Source: Candidatus Thorarchaeota archaeon (GTDB taxonomy: Archaea; Asgardarchaeota; Thorarchaeia; Thorarchaeales; Thorarchaeaceae). From it: DNA of 64,000 nt. Each line of letters begins with the position of its first letter. The first letter of the stretch is position 1. The stretch lies in NCBI GenBank assembly GCA_011364905.1, contig RDNZ01000009.1:1-64000 (forward strand), in the 5' to 3' direction. Made by a program: the position numbers and the translations under genes. The notes below the pieces were generated by a model. It did no database searches. It had not been told where the DNA came from and saw nothing but the letters and a program-made list of their open reading frames with translations. Positions 19,356 to 28,572 of this stretch are shown here, one piece after another.

Positions 19356-19543
19356 TAACATAAGCCAGTGCCTCTCTCGATTATGTTATTAGCATGCATT
19401 CTGTTTCAAAAATGCGCACATGGTCAATTCAATGACTGGTGTCATAGTGAGCGAGGAGAGCCCAGTACTGGGTTGCTATGAATCTGCTTTTCATGCATCA
19501 GTCACAGGTTATGTGCGCACCTTTCATTGAGGTGGAGTTTTCA

Positions 19544-20551
19544 ATGTTACCTGGAAAAATACCTCCGGACGTCCTTCAAACTCTGGTGTTTACGAAACTG
19601 GGAATTTCTGACCCGGATGTCTTGCTAGGACCTAGACTTGGCGAAGACGCTTCAGTGATTAATATAGGTGACAAGGCTATACTTGCCGCGACAGATCCTA
19701 TAACTGGTTCAGTAGCAGATGTTGGTTGGCTCGCCGTCCATGTCAATGCAAATGACATCGCGGCTTTTGGTGTTCGTCCACGGTGGTTCTTAGCCTCCAT
19801 TATGCTCCCTGAAAACTCAACTACTCAACAGCTTGAACGGATCATGAAACAGATTGATGATGCGGCTCAGAAATTGGCAATAGCCGTCGCCGGAGGTCAC
19901 TCAGAGATTACAATAGGTATTGACAGACCAATAGTAGTTGGTTTCATGCTGGGTGTTACAGATCTAGGGAATTATGTCACATCATCTGGGGCAAAACCCG
20001 GAAACTCGATAATCGTGACTAAGTCGATAGCGCAAGAGGGTTCTGCAATTCTAGCTACTGAAGGAAGAAACTTCCTCACACCAAAGATTGGAGCAAATCT
20101 AGTTGCTAGAGCAAAAGCATTGAGAGAAAACATTAGTGTAGTATCAGAGGGACTAGCGGCATACGAAACTGGCTATGTGACTGCAATGCACGACCCAACT
20201 GAGGGTGGTCTCTCTGGAGGTCTGCATGAAATTTGTGATGCAAGTAGGGTTGGTTTTGAGATTTATCAAGATGCTATACCGATAGATGAATCGTCTAGAA
20301 CCATTTGTGAAGTTCTGGACATCAATGCGATGGAGTTGATCAGTAGCGGCAGTATGGTCATCTGCTGCAACAACAAACACGCTACTGAAGTTGTGAACAC
20401 GATTCAGTCACGCGGGATATCTGCCAATATTATTGGCAAAATCGTGAAAGATTCCAACCGCAGACTGTTGATAACCGACTCAGATGGTATCACACTTCAG
20501 CGGCCTAAAACAGACTCATTGTGGGCCGCATTCAAGAAACTCAATCCTTGA
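19544..20551 (+). CDS. AIR synthase/HypE-like (PurM superfamily) protein
   Basis: GEDAS, TDPIT, VHVNANDIA, GGHSE, AMHDPTEGG; SD gaggtgg before ATG 19544. Confidence 0.88.
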   Translation: MLPGKIPPDVLQTLVFTKLGISDPDVLLGPRLGEDASVINIGDKAILAATDPITGSVADVGWLAVHVNANDIAAFGVRPRWFLASIMLPENSTTQQLERIMKQIDDAAQKLAIAVAGGHSEITIGIDRPIVVGFMLGVTDLGNYVTSSGAKPGNSIIVTKSIAQEGSAILATEGRNFLTPKIGANLVARAKALRENISVVSEGLAAYETGYVTAMHDPTEGGLSGGLHEICDASRVGFEIYQDAIPIDESSRTICEVLDINAMELISSGSMVICCNNKHATEVVNTIQSRGISANIIGKIVKDSNRRLLITDSDGITLQRPKTDSLWAAFKKLNP

Positions 20552-21320
20552 TGAAATCCTCAAGTATCCTGATTTCATCATCCCCAATCCAGTCCAAAGT
20601 GACTGGGGAGAGCGAAACGTTGTTGTTAACAAGTACCTCATATGCGTCTGATTTTGGTTGAGGTGTACGCTCTATTCCAAGATACCAGTAGTAGGGACGA
20701 CCATTTGGATCGGTTCGTTTCTCAACCTCATTATGCATACGAACTTTTGCTGGTCTTGTAACAACAAGCTTTGATTGCTCTGTTATTTTCTCTGGGAAGT
20801 TAAGATTCAATATGTCGATTTTTTGAGGTAGACCTCTTTCCAGAATTTTCATAGCAAGGTCTACTGTGATTTTACATGCCTTTTCGCAATCTCCATTTGA
20901 TCCAGTGGCTTCAAACCAATCGCTTGGCGAAGCCTCTCGAGAAACAGCAATTGCTGGTAGCCCCCGTATGGCTGCTTCGAACGCCGCGCCAACAGTGCCA
21001 CTGGTCAAAATGCTTTGATATCCTACATTTGCTCCCGAGTTGATCCCTGATATCAGGAGATCAATATCATCGTAGAACGCCTGCGCGAGAATTACTGAGT
21101 CCGCTGGTGCTCCATCATGTGATACAAATTTGTATCCGTTCTTTTCGTGCTTTTCAGTTATTCTAATAGGTCTCTTCAACGTTAGTGATTTCCCAGTAGC
21201 GCTGCGCTGTGCATCTGGTACCACAACTATCAGTTCAACAGTTTTCGAAAAAGCTTCGGCGAGCTTCAACAAGCCCTCGCTGCGAGGGCCATCATCATTT
21301 GTTAAACAGACCTTGTACAT
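20541..21320 (-). CDS. surE: 5'/3'-nucleotidase SurE
   Basis: LTNDDG, SGINSGAN, SGTVGAA, LNLNFP, DPNGRPYYW. Confidence 0.95.
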   Translation of the reverse strand: MYKVCLTNDDGPRSEGLLKLAEAFSKTVELIVVVPDAQRSATGKSLTLKRPIRITEKHEKNGYKFVSHDGAPADSVILAQAFYDDIDLLISGINSGANVGYQSILTSGTVGAAFEAAIRGLPAIAVSREASPSDWFEATGSNGDCEKACKITVDLAMKILERGLPQKIDILNLNFPEKITEQSKLVVTRPAKVRMHNEVEKRTDPNGRPYYWYLGIERTPQPKSDAYEVLVNNNVSLSPVTLDWIGDDEIRILEDFIKD

Positions 21321-21389
21321 AGAGCATTTCTCCTAAGAATGCAGAAGCCAGTCACGATACTATTGACTGATAAGATTGATGTTTGGCCG

Positions 21390-21428
21390 CAAAGAAAAAA
21401 GGTTGTGGAAGCACATGTGTGCTCCCAC
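21390..21428 (-). terminator. Hairpin plus T-tract downstream of the histone gene
   Basis: gtggaagcac-atgt-gtgctcccac stem; on the - strand followed by ccttttttcttt. Confidence 0.5.
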
Positions 21429-21449
21429 TCCCGGCATCTTGAGAATTGT

Positions 21450-21620
21450 TTACAGGTCGTAGGACTTTAGCGTCTTACGCTTGTTCTCTGTTGTCCTCTT
21501 GGCAGCTTTATCCAGAAGCATCTCGACCTTCTTGTCTAGTGCATCATAGAAATCTCCGCTAACTTGGAGATTTTTCATCTTTGCATAGTCTTGAACTGCC
21601 TTTTTAACAATTAGTGTCAT
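21450..21620 (-). CDS. Small histone-fold protein (alpha3-truncated, face-to-face/DUF1931-like), 56 aa; not in ORF track
   Basis: MTLIVKKAVQDYAKMKNLQVSGDFYDALDKKVEMLLDKAAKRTTENKRKTLKSYDL; LIVK, V..DFYDALD..V..LL..A..R...N.RKT...DL signature; GGAGG SD. Confidence 0.88.
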   Translation of the reverse strand: MTLIVKKAVQDYAKMKNLQVSGDFYDALDKKVEMLLDKAAKRTTENKRKTLKSYDL

Positions 21621-21871
21621 TTTCTTTGCTCCTCCAAAAGGGTACTTTAAAGGTCATTCTCGACCCTTATAAGGCTTCTCTTAGAAATGCTTTTTAAAGC
21701 GCCATTTGGCCTATTTCGAGCCATTTGCGCATTTGATGAACGAAATGAGAGATTTCTAAGGATTTTCTAGGAAAGACAGCAGAATCCATATCCTGGCCAA
21801 GAAATCCAACAAACACCTAAAAGACTAGTTCGCGTTTTTGATTTAAAGCAAGAAACAGAAGTGAATGTGAT

Positions 21872-22666
21872 ATGAGATATGCATATGGTGTTTTCATAGG
21901 TGCGCTTCTTCCTTTTGTGATATTTCTAGGTGCTGCAGTGATTAGGATATTGGCTTTGTCTTGGAATGTATACTTCGCATGGTTTCTTGCATCCATACTG
22001 GTAGGAGTTGTACCTCCTGCTTTGGTTCTTATTGCTCAACGGGAGAGTATTCGGGAGTTCCTGATCTATGAAGCCGGCGGCTTTGGCTTGTTCTCACCGC
22101 TATGGATTGTCATCTTTGCGGATTTCACTGGCACGACTTGGTCAGTTTTATTCACTGAAGGAATTATTGAAGGTTTGCCAGCTCCTGGAATTGGTTCTTC
22201 TATCATGAGAGTTGATATCAGCGGCAGTAGTCTCCTCTTCATCTTGGCGGTCTGCTTGGTTGTTGGAATCGTCTTCTTACGACCCAGCTTTATTGCGAAA
22301 TATGGTGTTAAAGGAGAAATTTCTGAGTTACGCGAATTGAAAAAATCTGCTGAGCCAAGCAAAGAACCACCCGAACCCTCAGAAACTCATGAACTGCTTG
22401 ATGAAGACCCAATCGAGAAAGAGATGCCTAATGTTGTCCCCCCCGAGGCAAATGTCGACACAATGGCTGACCTGAGAGGCTTGCTCACAGAACTCGGCAC
22501 GCCCGAGCCAACAATCAACCTAATTTTCAATGCTGGAATTGCCACGACCCCCGATCTTGTCGCAACAAGTCCAGAGCAACTGGCATCGCTCACAGGTATT
22601 GATAAGAGGACAGCTCAAGACCTTCATATGGCTGTTCAGAAGAAAGTCTGGTTTGGTGACATTTAG
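21872..22666 (+). CDS. Membrane protein with C-terminal helix-hairpin-helix-like domain
   Basis: 4 TMs, Pro/Glu linker, AGI.T..DL....PEQLA.LTGI....A HhH_5-like motif. Confidence 0.65.
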   Translation: MRYAYGVFIGALLPFVIFLGAAVIRILALSWNVYFAWFLASILVGVVPPALVLIAQRESIREFLIYEAGGFGLFSPLWIVIFADFTGTTWSVLFTEGIIEGLPAPGIGSSIMRVDISGSSLLFILAVCLVVGIVFLRPSFIAKYGVKGEISELRELKKSAEPSKEPPEPSETHELLDEDPIEKEMPNVVPPEANVDTMADLRGLLTELGTPEPTINLIFNAGIATTPDLVATSPEQLASLTGIDKRTAQDLHMAVQKKVWFGDI

Positions 22667-22675
22667 ATCAAAAGT

Positions 22676-23416
22676 CTACTTGAGAGAAATAATAGCATCA
22701 AGTCCCACGGTCACTAGATTATCAATTGGTGGCTTTCCGACAATCTTTGCCTCATTCTCTACATTCTCTCCAATGGCTACACAAATGGTCCCAACCTTGA
22801 CGCCACGTAGGTGTCCAATAACGAATAAAGCTGCAGCCTCCATCTCAGTTGCCAAAACCCCTGAGTTCCTCATCATTTCCCACTTTCTTCTCATACCCTC
22901 TCGGTCTGCGACATAATCTGAATGTTCACTGTAGAATGCATCCTTACTATGCCCGATTCCAACATGGAACGCAGCCCCGCTATCCTTCGCGGCTTGTATC
23001 AATGCGAGAACGAATTCAGGACTTGCTACTGCAGGGAATTCAATTGGAACATACTGTCGCGAAGTTCCATCATCTCTGACGGAACCAGTGAAGATGACAA
23101 GGTCTCCAGCTTTGACAGACCGACTGATTGCTCCTGATGTACCAACTCGTAGAAAAGTCGTGCATCCAACTTTTATCAGCTCCTCTAGTGCGATTGCCGC
23201 GGATGGACATCCAATTCCAGTTGAACAAACAGCAACTGGAACGCCTTTCCATTTCCCTCGAAAGCTCCAGTATTCTCGTTTCTTCGCGACTTCTTCCGGG
23301 TCTTCAAAGAACCTCATCGCGATATCATGAGCGCGGTCAGGATCACCGGGTAGTAGAACAAGTTTCGGAATTTCTCCAGGAGCTATGCCAATATGGTACT
23401 CTTTTTCATCTGTCAT
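22676..23416 (-). CDS. udp: Nucleoside (uridine) phosphorylase
   Basis: LPGDPDR, STGIGCPS, RVGTSG, DAFY, EMEAA. Confidence 0.9.
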   Translation of the reverse strand: MTDEKEYHIGIAPGEIPKLVLLPGDPDRAHDIAMRFFEDPEEVAKKREYWSFRGKWKGVPVAVCSTGIGCPSAAIALEELIKVGCTTFLRVGTSGAISRSVKAGDLVIFTGSVRDDGTSRQYVPIEFPAVASPEFVLALIQAAKDSGAAFHVGIGHSKDAFYSEHSDYVADREGMRRKWEMMRNSGVLATEMEAAALFVIGHLRGVKVGTICVAIGENVENEAKIVGKPPIDNLVTVGLDAIISLK

Positions 23417-23527
23417 GCTACGACCTTCTGGCGAAATCGCTCATCGAAACAAAAGGCTTTCGAAATGATGCGCTACAAAATAGAGATAGGCTTAAGAACT
23501 AAACATAAGCCGACTTGTGTGGTTACA

Positions 23528-23752
23528 ATGAGCGAGGAAATCACTCTGCTTCAAAAGAAAATCTTAGAACTCATTCTATCTGACAACCGTAGGCCAGGCG
23601 CGATAGCATCTATTTTGAGAAAGCGCAATGTAGCCTGTAATCAGAATGATGTGATGCAGGCTCTGCTTGATCTTGAAAAGAGGGATCTTGTCGAACAACC
23701 CAGTGCTAAAGCTTGGACTGCCAAGGAAAAGGCACAGGATTACTTGGATTAG
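23528..23752 (+). CDS. Small winged-helix-like hypothetical protein
   Basis: LQKKILEL...IA..L......V..AL.DLEKR.LV..W pattern; ATG 23528 avoids overlap with udp. Confidence 0.55.
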   Translation: MSEEITLLQKKILELILSDNRRPGAIASILRKRNVACNQNDVMQALLDLEKRDLVEQPSAKAWTAKEKAQDYLD

Positions 23753-23760
23753 AAAATCGA

Positions 23761-24747
23761 CTATAGGTACTTAACTAAGGTCTTTACAATATTGTAGGTC
23801 AAGTGAGGATTCTTGTCGCCGAATATTTCGGTATGAATTGTGTTTGTAGTGACAATCATACCTCTGGCATTCTCCAGGAGTTCTTCAAGTAGTTCTTCCC
23901 CCCTTTCCATTAATGGAAGCACATGTGCAACCGCCATTCCCACGTCTGCCGCTCCTTGATTCCTGAGTCTGTCCGCTGCCTTCACAAGAGTGCTCCCACT
24001 CTTCGTCAGGTCATCCACGACAATCACTTCTTTCCCTTCAACATCAATATTGCCATGAAGATCTACCTTGAATGAGTTCTTTCTATGCTTCCCGAACCCG
24101 GCGATCTTGTATCTCTCCTGAGCTCCTTCGTCAGGAGTCACAAGCACAACATCTTTGAAACCAAACTGCTTCTCGGCGAACCTGACCAAGTCTGGGATTA
24201 CATCAATGGTTTCATAGTGCTGTTTCTCTCTTAATTCTGCAACCCAATCTAGGCTATCTGGAGCATGTGGATTGACAACCCAAATTTTGTTGCACGATTT
24301 AGCGATTGCTTCAATCGCCCATCTCCCTGAGACAGCTTCCCCAGTTCTAAATGCCTTATCCTGAAGGGCGAAGGGTTGGAACGTAAGAACAACCTCAACA
24401 CGAGAGGGTGGAGAGATGGGTTTACACTCATAGCATTTATGTTCAACCTCTTGAACCACCACTGGTCTGGATAGGAGGTCCAAAAGAAGTAGAAGCTCAA
24501 CAACTCTGTCTGATGTGGTGTATGGTTCGTTTTCAGCAGGTCCGGAACCAGTACAACTTTGAATGATGACAACGCGTCTATTTGACAGTTCAGAAATGTC
24601 TTCGAGTTTCGCATAGATGTCAGCATTCGGAAAAAGCCTCCTTCTATCATAGTTCAATGCTGATGTGAAAACACGACATCCTTCTTCTTGGAAGCTCTCT
24701 TTTAGATGCTCTGCACCACTCGCCAGAATCACATCGTAGCTTTTCAT
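23761..24747 (-). CDS. Divergent ribose-phosphate pyrophosphokinase-like / phosphoribosyltransferase
   Basis: FPNADIY, QDK.FR.GE, PDEGA, PRPP loop VIVVDDLTKSGSTL. Confidence 0.75.
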   Translation of the reverse strand: MKSYDVILASGAEHLKESFQEEGCRVFTSALNYDRRRLFPNADIYAKLEDISELSNRRVVIIQSCTGSGPAENEPYTTSDRVVELLLLLDLLSRPVVVQEVEHKCYECKPISPPSRVEVVLTFQPFALQDKAFRTGEAVSGRWAIEAIAKSCNKIWVVNPHAPDSLDWVAELREKQHYETIDVIPDLVRFAEKQFGFKDVVLVTPDEGAQERYKIAGFGKHRKNSFKVDLHGNIDVEGKEVIVVDDLTKSGSTLVKAADRLRNQGAADVGMAVAHVLPLMERGEELLEELLENARGMIVTTNTIHTEIFGDKNPHLTYNIVKTLVKYL

Positions 24748-24871
24748 TGATAACTACCATGTGTGGGCGGAAATCTCGCCTTTATGAGATTTGTCCTAGC
24801 AATCGAGAACCAGTATTGCGACGGTAACCTAAAATGGGCGTAGTGACAATGAAACTTGCCGCCACAGGTAA

Positions 24872-25597
24872 GTGCTACGGGTGAGTCTGACAGCTAGAGA
24901 CCTATTGCAGAAGCTTGCTAATGATGCTGGCTTATCATATCATACCATCGCACGTAAGGTCAATCGAATGATGGGAAAAGGGATGGGCTTCCTAGAATCA
25001 GCTCGTGCTATTGCCAAAGAACATGGTCTTAGCGAATCCAAATATCGAATAGATGCTGAGAAGATTGTGAAAGAATCCGAAAAAATACTACGTGAGGACT
25101 ATACGCAGACACTGATGATATCGGCGGTTTTGGGTCAGATGGTTGAAGCGCGCGGAAAAGAACGGTTTCCAGCCCCTGCATTCTTTGCTTTCATCGAAGT
25201 GTTATCGCGAATCACCGATGCGCCAAGAGATACCAAATCCGAAACCTCTACTGAGATTGAAGATAGGACAACTAGGATCATCGAACTAATGACGACATTA
25301 GTATCTGTTCTTTGTGAATGGTCAGAAAAAGGCGTAGTCGGTGTGGCTGATGATTGTCCCGAATCCCTTCGCGAAATGGCCAGAGCTGTCTTCAGGAAGA
25401 CGAAGCTCCTGCAAGGTGGGCTTTGGACTTGTATTTCATGTGGCGAAATCGTGAATGTTAAGGAAACTAAAGCACTAATGTGTGCGAATTGCGACAGTAG
25501 CATTTCACGAAGCAATATTCATGAGCGCTATGATCATCTAACCGGGCGAAACCGGACCGGATACGGTAGGACCTCTTCTGAAAAAAGCGAAGATTAA
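24872..25597 (+). CDS. Hypothetical helical protein with C-terminal Zn ribbon
   Basis: CISCG...CANC. Confidence 0.65.
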   Translation: MLRVSLTARDLLQKLANDAGLSYHTIARKVNRMMGKGMGFLESARAIAKEHGLSESKYRIDAEKIVKESEKILREDYTQTLMISAVLGQMVEARGKERFPAPAFFAFIEVLSRITDAPRDTKSETSTEIEDRTTRIIELMTTLVSVLCEWSEKGVVGVADDCPESLREMARAVFRKTKLLQGGLWTCISCGEIVNVKETKALMCANCDSSISRSNIHERYDHLTGRNRTGYGRTSSEKSED

Positions 25598-26319
25598 CTA
25601 GAGAGTTGGAACTCCAAACCATTCTTGAGATGCATAATCGCCTCATCGACGTCTGCTTGTGTCACTGTGACTTCATCAACTTGAAGAATGACTTCGCTAT
25701 CTCGTGTTTCTTCGATAAAGATTACAACTGGATCCAGTCCTGCGGCACTTCCAACGCTAATTAGTGGGGCAGTAACTCCGTCATAGAAATCAGACCTACC
25801 ACGAGGAATGTCCATCCTTTTGAGAAGACGTTCACCTTTTTTCGAGAGGACCTGTCCGCATGTTGCCCCGTCATGAGTCATTGTTGAGATTACGAATCTT
25901 GTTGGCACGTTTCCACGAATGTAGAACAACAAATCTGTCATCCAATCGAATTCTGTAATCATCACGTCTCCAAACACTATCATCAGATCCTCAGCGATCA
26001 TTCCATGAATTGGTACGACTGGAGGTTTCAGATCAATAGGGTACCTGTTCCATGAAGAGAATGCTGGAGAGTTGAAGAGCAGTACAGTCTCAAACTCATT
26101 TTGTTCGTAGAGCCTTCTGCAAAGAGCTTGTCCTATTGGATTGAGCCCCAACACGACCGAATAAGTCTCTGCGATTTTTCTTTTCTTATACACTTCAAGA
26201 ATTGGTGATACCCATTCCTGTTCATATGTTGGCATCGTTTCTAGCCCTGTCTTCTCAGAACCAAGTTGTCTAATGACTGTTTGTCTTATATTTTCAATTC
26301 GAAATGATACAAAATGCAC
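25594..26319 (-). CDS. Hypothetical protein, possibly a degenerate PAC2 proteasome-assembly-chaperone-like fold
   Basis: VVLG...IG..L..RL and DGVTAPLI..G motifs loosely match PAC2; start probably at internal MPTYEQ. Confidence 0.45.
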   Translation of the reverse strand: MHFVSFRIENIRQTVIRQLGSEKTGLETMPTYEQEWVSPILEVYKKRKIAETYSVVLGLNPIGQALCRRLYEQNEFETVLLFNSPAFSSWNRYPIDLKPPVVPIHGMIAEDLMIVFGDVMITEFDWMTDLLFYIRGNVPTRFVISTMTHDGATCGQVLSKKGERLLKRMDIPRGRSDFYDGVTAPLISVGSAAGLDPVVIFIEETRDSEVILQVDEVTVTQADVDEAIMHLKNGLEFQLSS

Positions 26320-26415
26320 TTTCGAGGAGTTTTAATGATTTATTGCGATTCCGATTGATTTATGTGGAAGGCTTAACGGGGCTCCTCGCGTATAACTAGT
26401 GGTGAGTGAATACCA

Positions 26416-27768
26416 TTGGACAAATACATAGAAAGTGTCTACAACCGTGTCGTTGAGAAAGATCCTCATCAGAAGATCTTTCATCAGGCATTAATAGAAG
26501 TACTGGAGTCATTAGAGCCAGCCATAAAGAAGTACCCCCAATACAAGGAGTATGCAATTCTTGAAAGAATCACCGAGCCTGAGAGGGTAATCAAGTTCCG
26601 TGTTCCTTGGGTGGATAAAGATGGGAAGATTCAGGTCAATCGAGGTTTCCGGATTCAGTTCAATTCCGCTCTTGGTCCATACAAAGGCGGACTGAGATTC
26701 CATCCAACAGTGACGGAGGATATTCTGAAGTTCCTCGGCTTTGAGCAAATCTTCAAGAATAGCCTTACGACATTGCCCATGGGTGGCGGAAAGGGAGGCT
26801 CTGATTTTGATCCAAAAGGTAAAACCGATGCTGAAGTTGAAAGTTTTTGCGAGAGCTTGATGTTTGAGCTCTATCGGCACATTGGTCAATTCACAGATGT
26901 GCCTGCAGGTGATATTGGCGTAGGTGGTCGCGAGATTGGTTACTTATATGGAGCGTACCGAAAGATTTCAAACTATCATGGAACCGGAGTCCTAACCGGT
27001 AAAGGCGCTGGTTGGGGCGGTTCACTAATCCGTCCTGAGGCAACAGGATATGGTTGCGTCTACTTCGTAAACGAAATGCTGAAGACACGCAACGAAGACA
27101 TTAAGGGAAAGGTAGTTGTGGTTTCCGGCTCTGGTAATGTCGCTCAATACGCAGTTGAAAAATGCATCGACCTTGGAGCCAAGGTCATTGCCATGAGTGA
27201 CTCAACTGGTTGGATTCATGATCCTGCTGGCATAGATAGGGAGAAGCTAGCATGGATTCTGGAGCTCAAAAACGAGCGAAGAGGTCGCATCAGGGAATAT
27301 GCAGACCAATTCAAAGTTGACTACACAGTAACTGCCAAAGGCACACCATGGAGTCTGAAGTGTGACATTGCTCTTCCATGTGCAACCCAGAACGAGGTTG
27401 ATGCAAAGGAAGCAAAAATGTTGGTGGACAATGGAGTTATGGCTGTTGGAGAAGGCGCCAATATGCCCACAGTTCCAGAGGGTATTGAGATTTTTCTGGA
27501 GAATAATATTCTCTTTGCACCTGGTAAGGCCGCTAATGCTGGTGGTGTATCTGTATCCGGACTTGAGATGGCGCAAAACAGTCAAAGATACTTCTGGACA
27601 CGCGAAGAAGTGGACGCGAAGCTCCATCAAATCATGCAAGCCATTCATGCCAATGCGTACAAGACATCTGAGTTGTTCGGCAAAAAAGGCAATTACATGG
27701 TTGGCGCAAACATAGCAGGTTTCTTGAAAGTTGCGGATGCAATGATTGCTCAGGGACATCGCGTTTAG
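26416..27768 (+). CDS. gdhA: NADP-specific glutamate dehydrogenase
   Basis: GPYKGGLRFHP, MGGGKGGSDFDP, DVPAGDIGVG, RPEATGYG, GSGNVA, EGANMP. Confidence 0.97.
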   Translation: MDKYIESVYNRVVEKDPHQKIFHQALIEVLESLEPAIKKYPQYKEYAILERITEPERVIKFRVPWVDKDGKIQVNRGFRIQFNSALGPYKGGLRFHPTVTEDILKFLGFEQIFKNSLTTLPMGGGKGGSDFDPKGKTDAEVESFCESLMFELYRHIGQFTDVPAGDIGVGGREIGYLYGAYRKISNYHGTGVLTGKGAGWGGSLIRPEATGYGCVYFVNEMLKTRNEDIKGKVVVVSGSGNVAQYAVEKCIDLGAKVIAMSDSTGWIHDPAGIDREKLAWILELKNERRGRIREYADQFKVDYTVTAKGTPWSLKCDIALPCATQNEVDAKEAKMLVDNGVMAVGEGANMPTVPEGIEIFLENNILFAPGKAANAGGVSVSGLEMAQNSQRYFWTREEVDAKLHQIMQAIHANAYKTSELFGKKGNYMVGANIAGFLKVADAMIAQGHRV

Positions 27769-27778
27769 TTAGATTTTT

Positions 27779-27817
27779 GCAGGACCCTCCATGGGTTCTG
27801 CTCTCTTCTCTTTTTTT
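27779..27817 (+). terminator. Hairpin plus T-tract terminator after gdhA
   Basis: gcaggaccc-tccat-gggttctgc then ctcttctcttttttt. Confidence 0.6.
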
Positions 27818-27831
27818 CAAAACTGACAGGA

Positions 27832-28464
27832 TTATTTCTTGATGATCTCTAGGAGCTCAGCAAGTCGCCGTTTGACATCGGATTCAACAGTACTTAGTTC
27901 TGCCAATTGTTTGATATGTTGAATCCGGCTTTTTCTATAATCTTCTTCAGAGATATGACCACTGCGCCGTTGAATCTCTAATCTATCAGATTCAGCATTT
28001 ATCTCATTTCTTCTTTCTGTAACCAAATCGAAGCCCTGTTTGAGAGACATCCACTCTATCATTGCGTGGGATTTTTCCTCTTCAACTCTCTCTCTTCTAC
28101 GACGTTCCTCTTCCGCCTGTTTTAATTGCCTATTAGCTGTACGGATCTCCTTTTGAATCTCAAATAGTCTACTTTCAACCTCTCGTTTCACTTGGACCAT
28201 CTGTGTAGACTCAGACCATTTTTCCCTGTAACGCACAATATGCTCTTGCTCTGTTATCTGTCCATTCTCTAATTGCCTGTCCAAATGACTGAGTTCCGCT
28301 TGGATTTCTTGGAGTTGGCTCTTTATCTCATCGTAGGACTTTCGAAGAGAAACCCACTCAACGCTGTATTGCGAAAGCACTTCTTTGGGGTCCATATAAT
28401 AGACGTCTTCCGGCGGGGCTCCTTCATAGTGACTCATTTGTTGTGGCTCCTGCAATACTCTCAC
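27832..28464 (-). CDS. Coiled-coil protein with two G.I.E..(Y/H) hairpin motifs (CdvA/SHOCT-like)
   Basis: Heptad-rich; LENGQITEQEH and RRSGHISEEDY. Confidence 0.6.
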   Translation of the reverse strand: MRVLQEPQQMSHYEGAPPEDVYYMDPKEVLSQYSVEWVSLRKSYDEIKSQLQEIQAELSHLDRQLENGQITEQEHIVRYREKWSESTQMVQVKREVESRLFEIQKEIRTANRQLKQAEEERRRRERVEEEKSHAMIEWMSLKQGFDLVTERRNEINAESDRLEIQRRSGHISEEDYRKSRIQHIKQLAELSTVESDVKRRLAELLEIIKK

Positions 28465-28572
28465 GAGTAAAAATCTGACTTAAGGGATTTTCTAAGATGC
28501 CATTTTCAACATATCTGAAGAAATCTGTAAGACCCATCCGCTTAAGAGGGGGAATTATCTATTTCAAAATCG

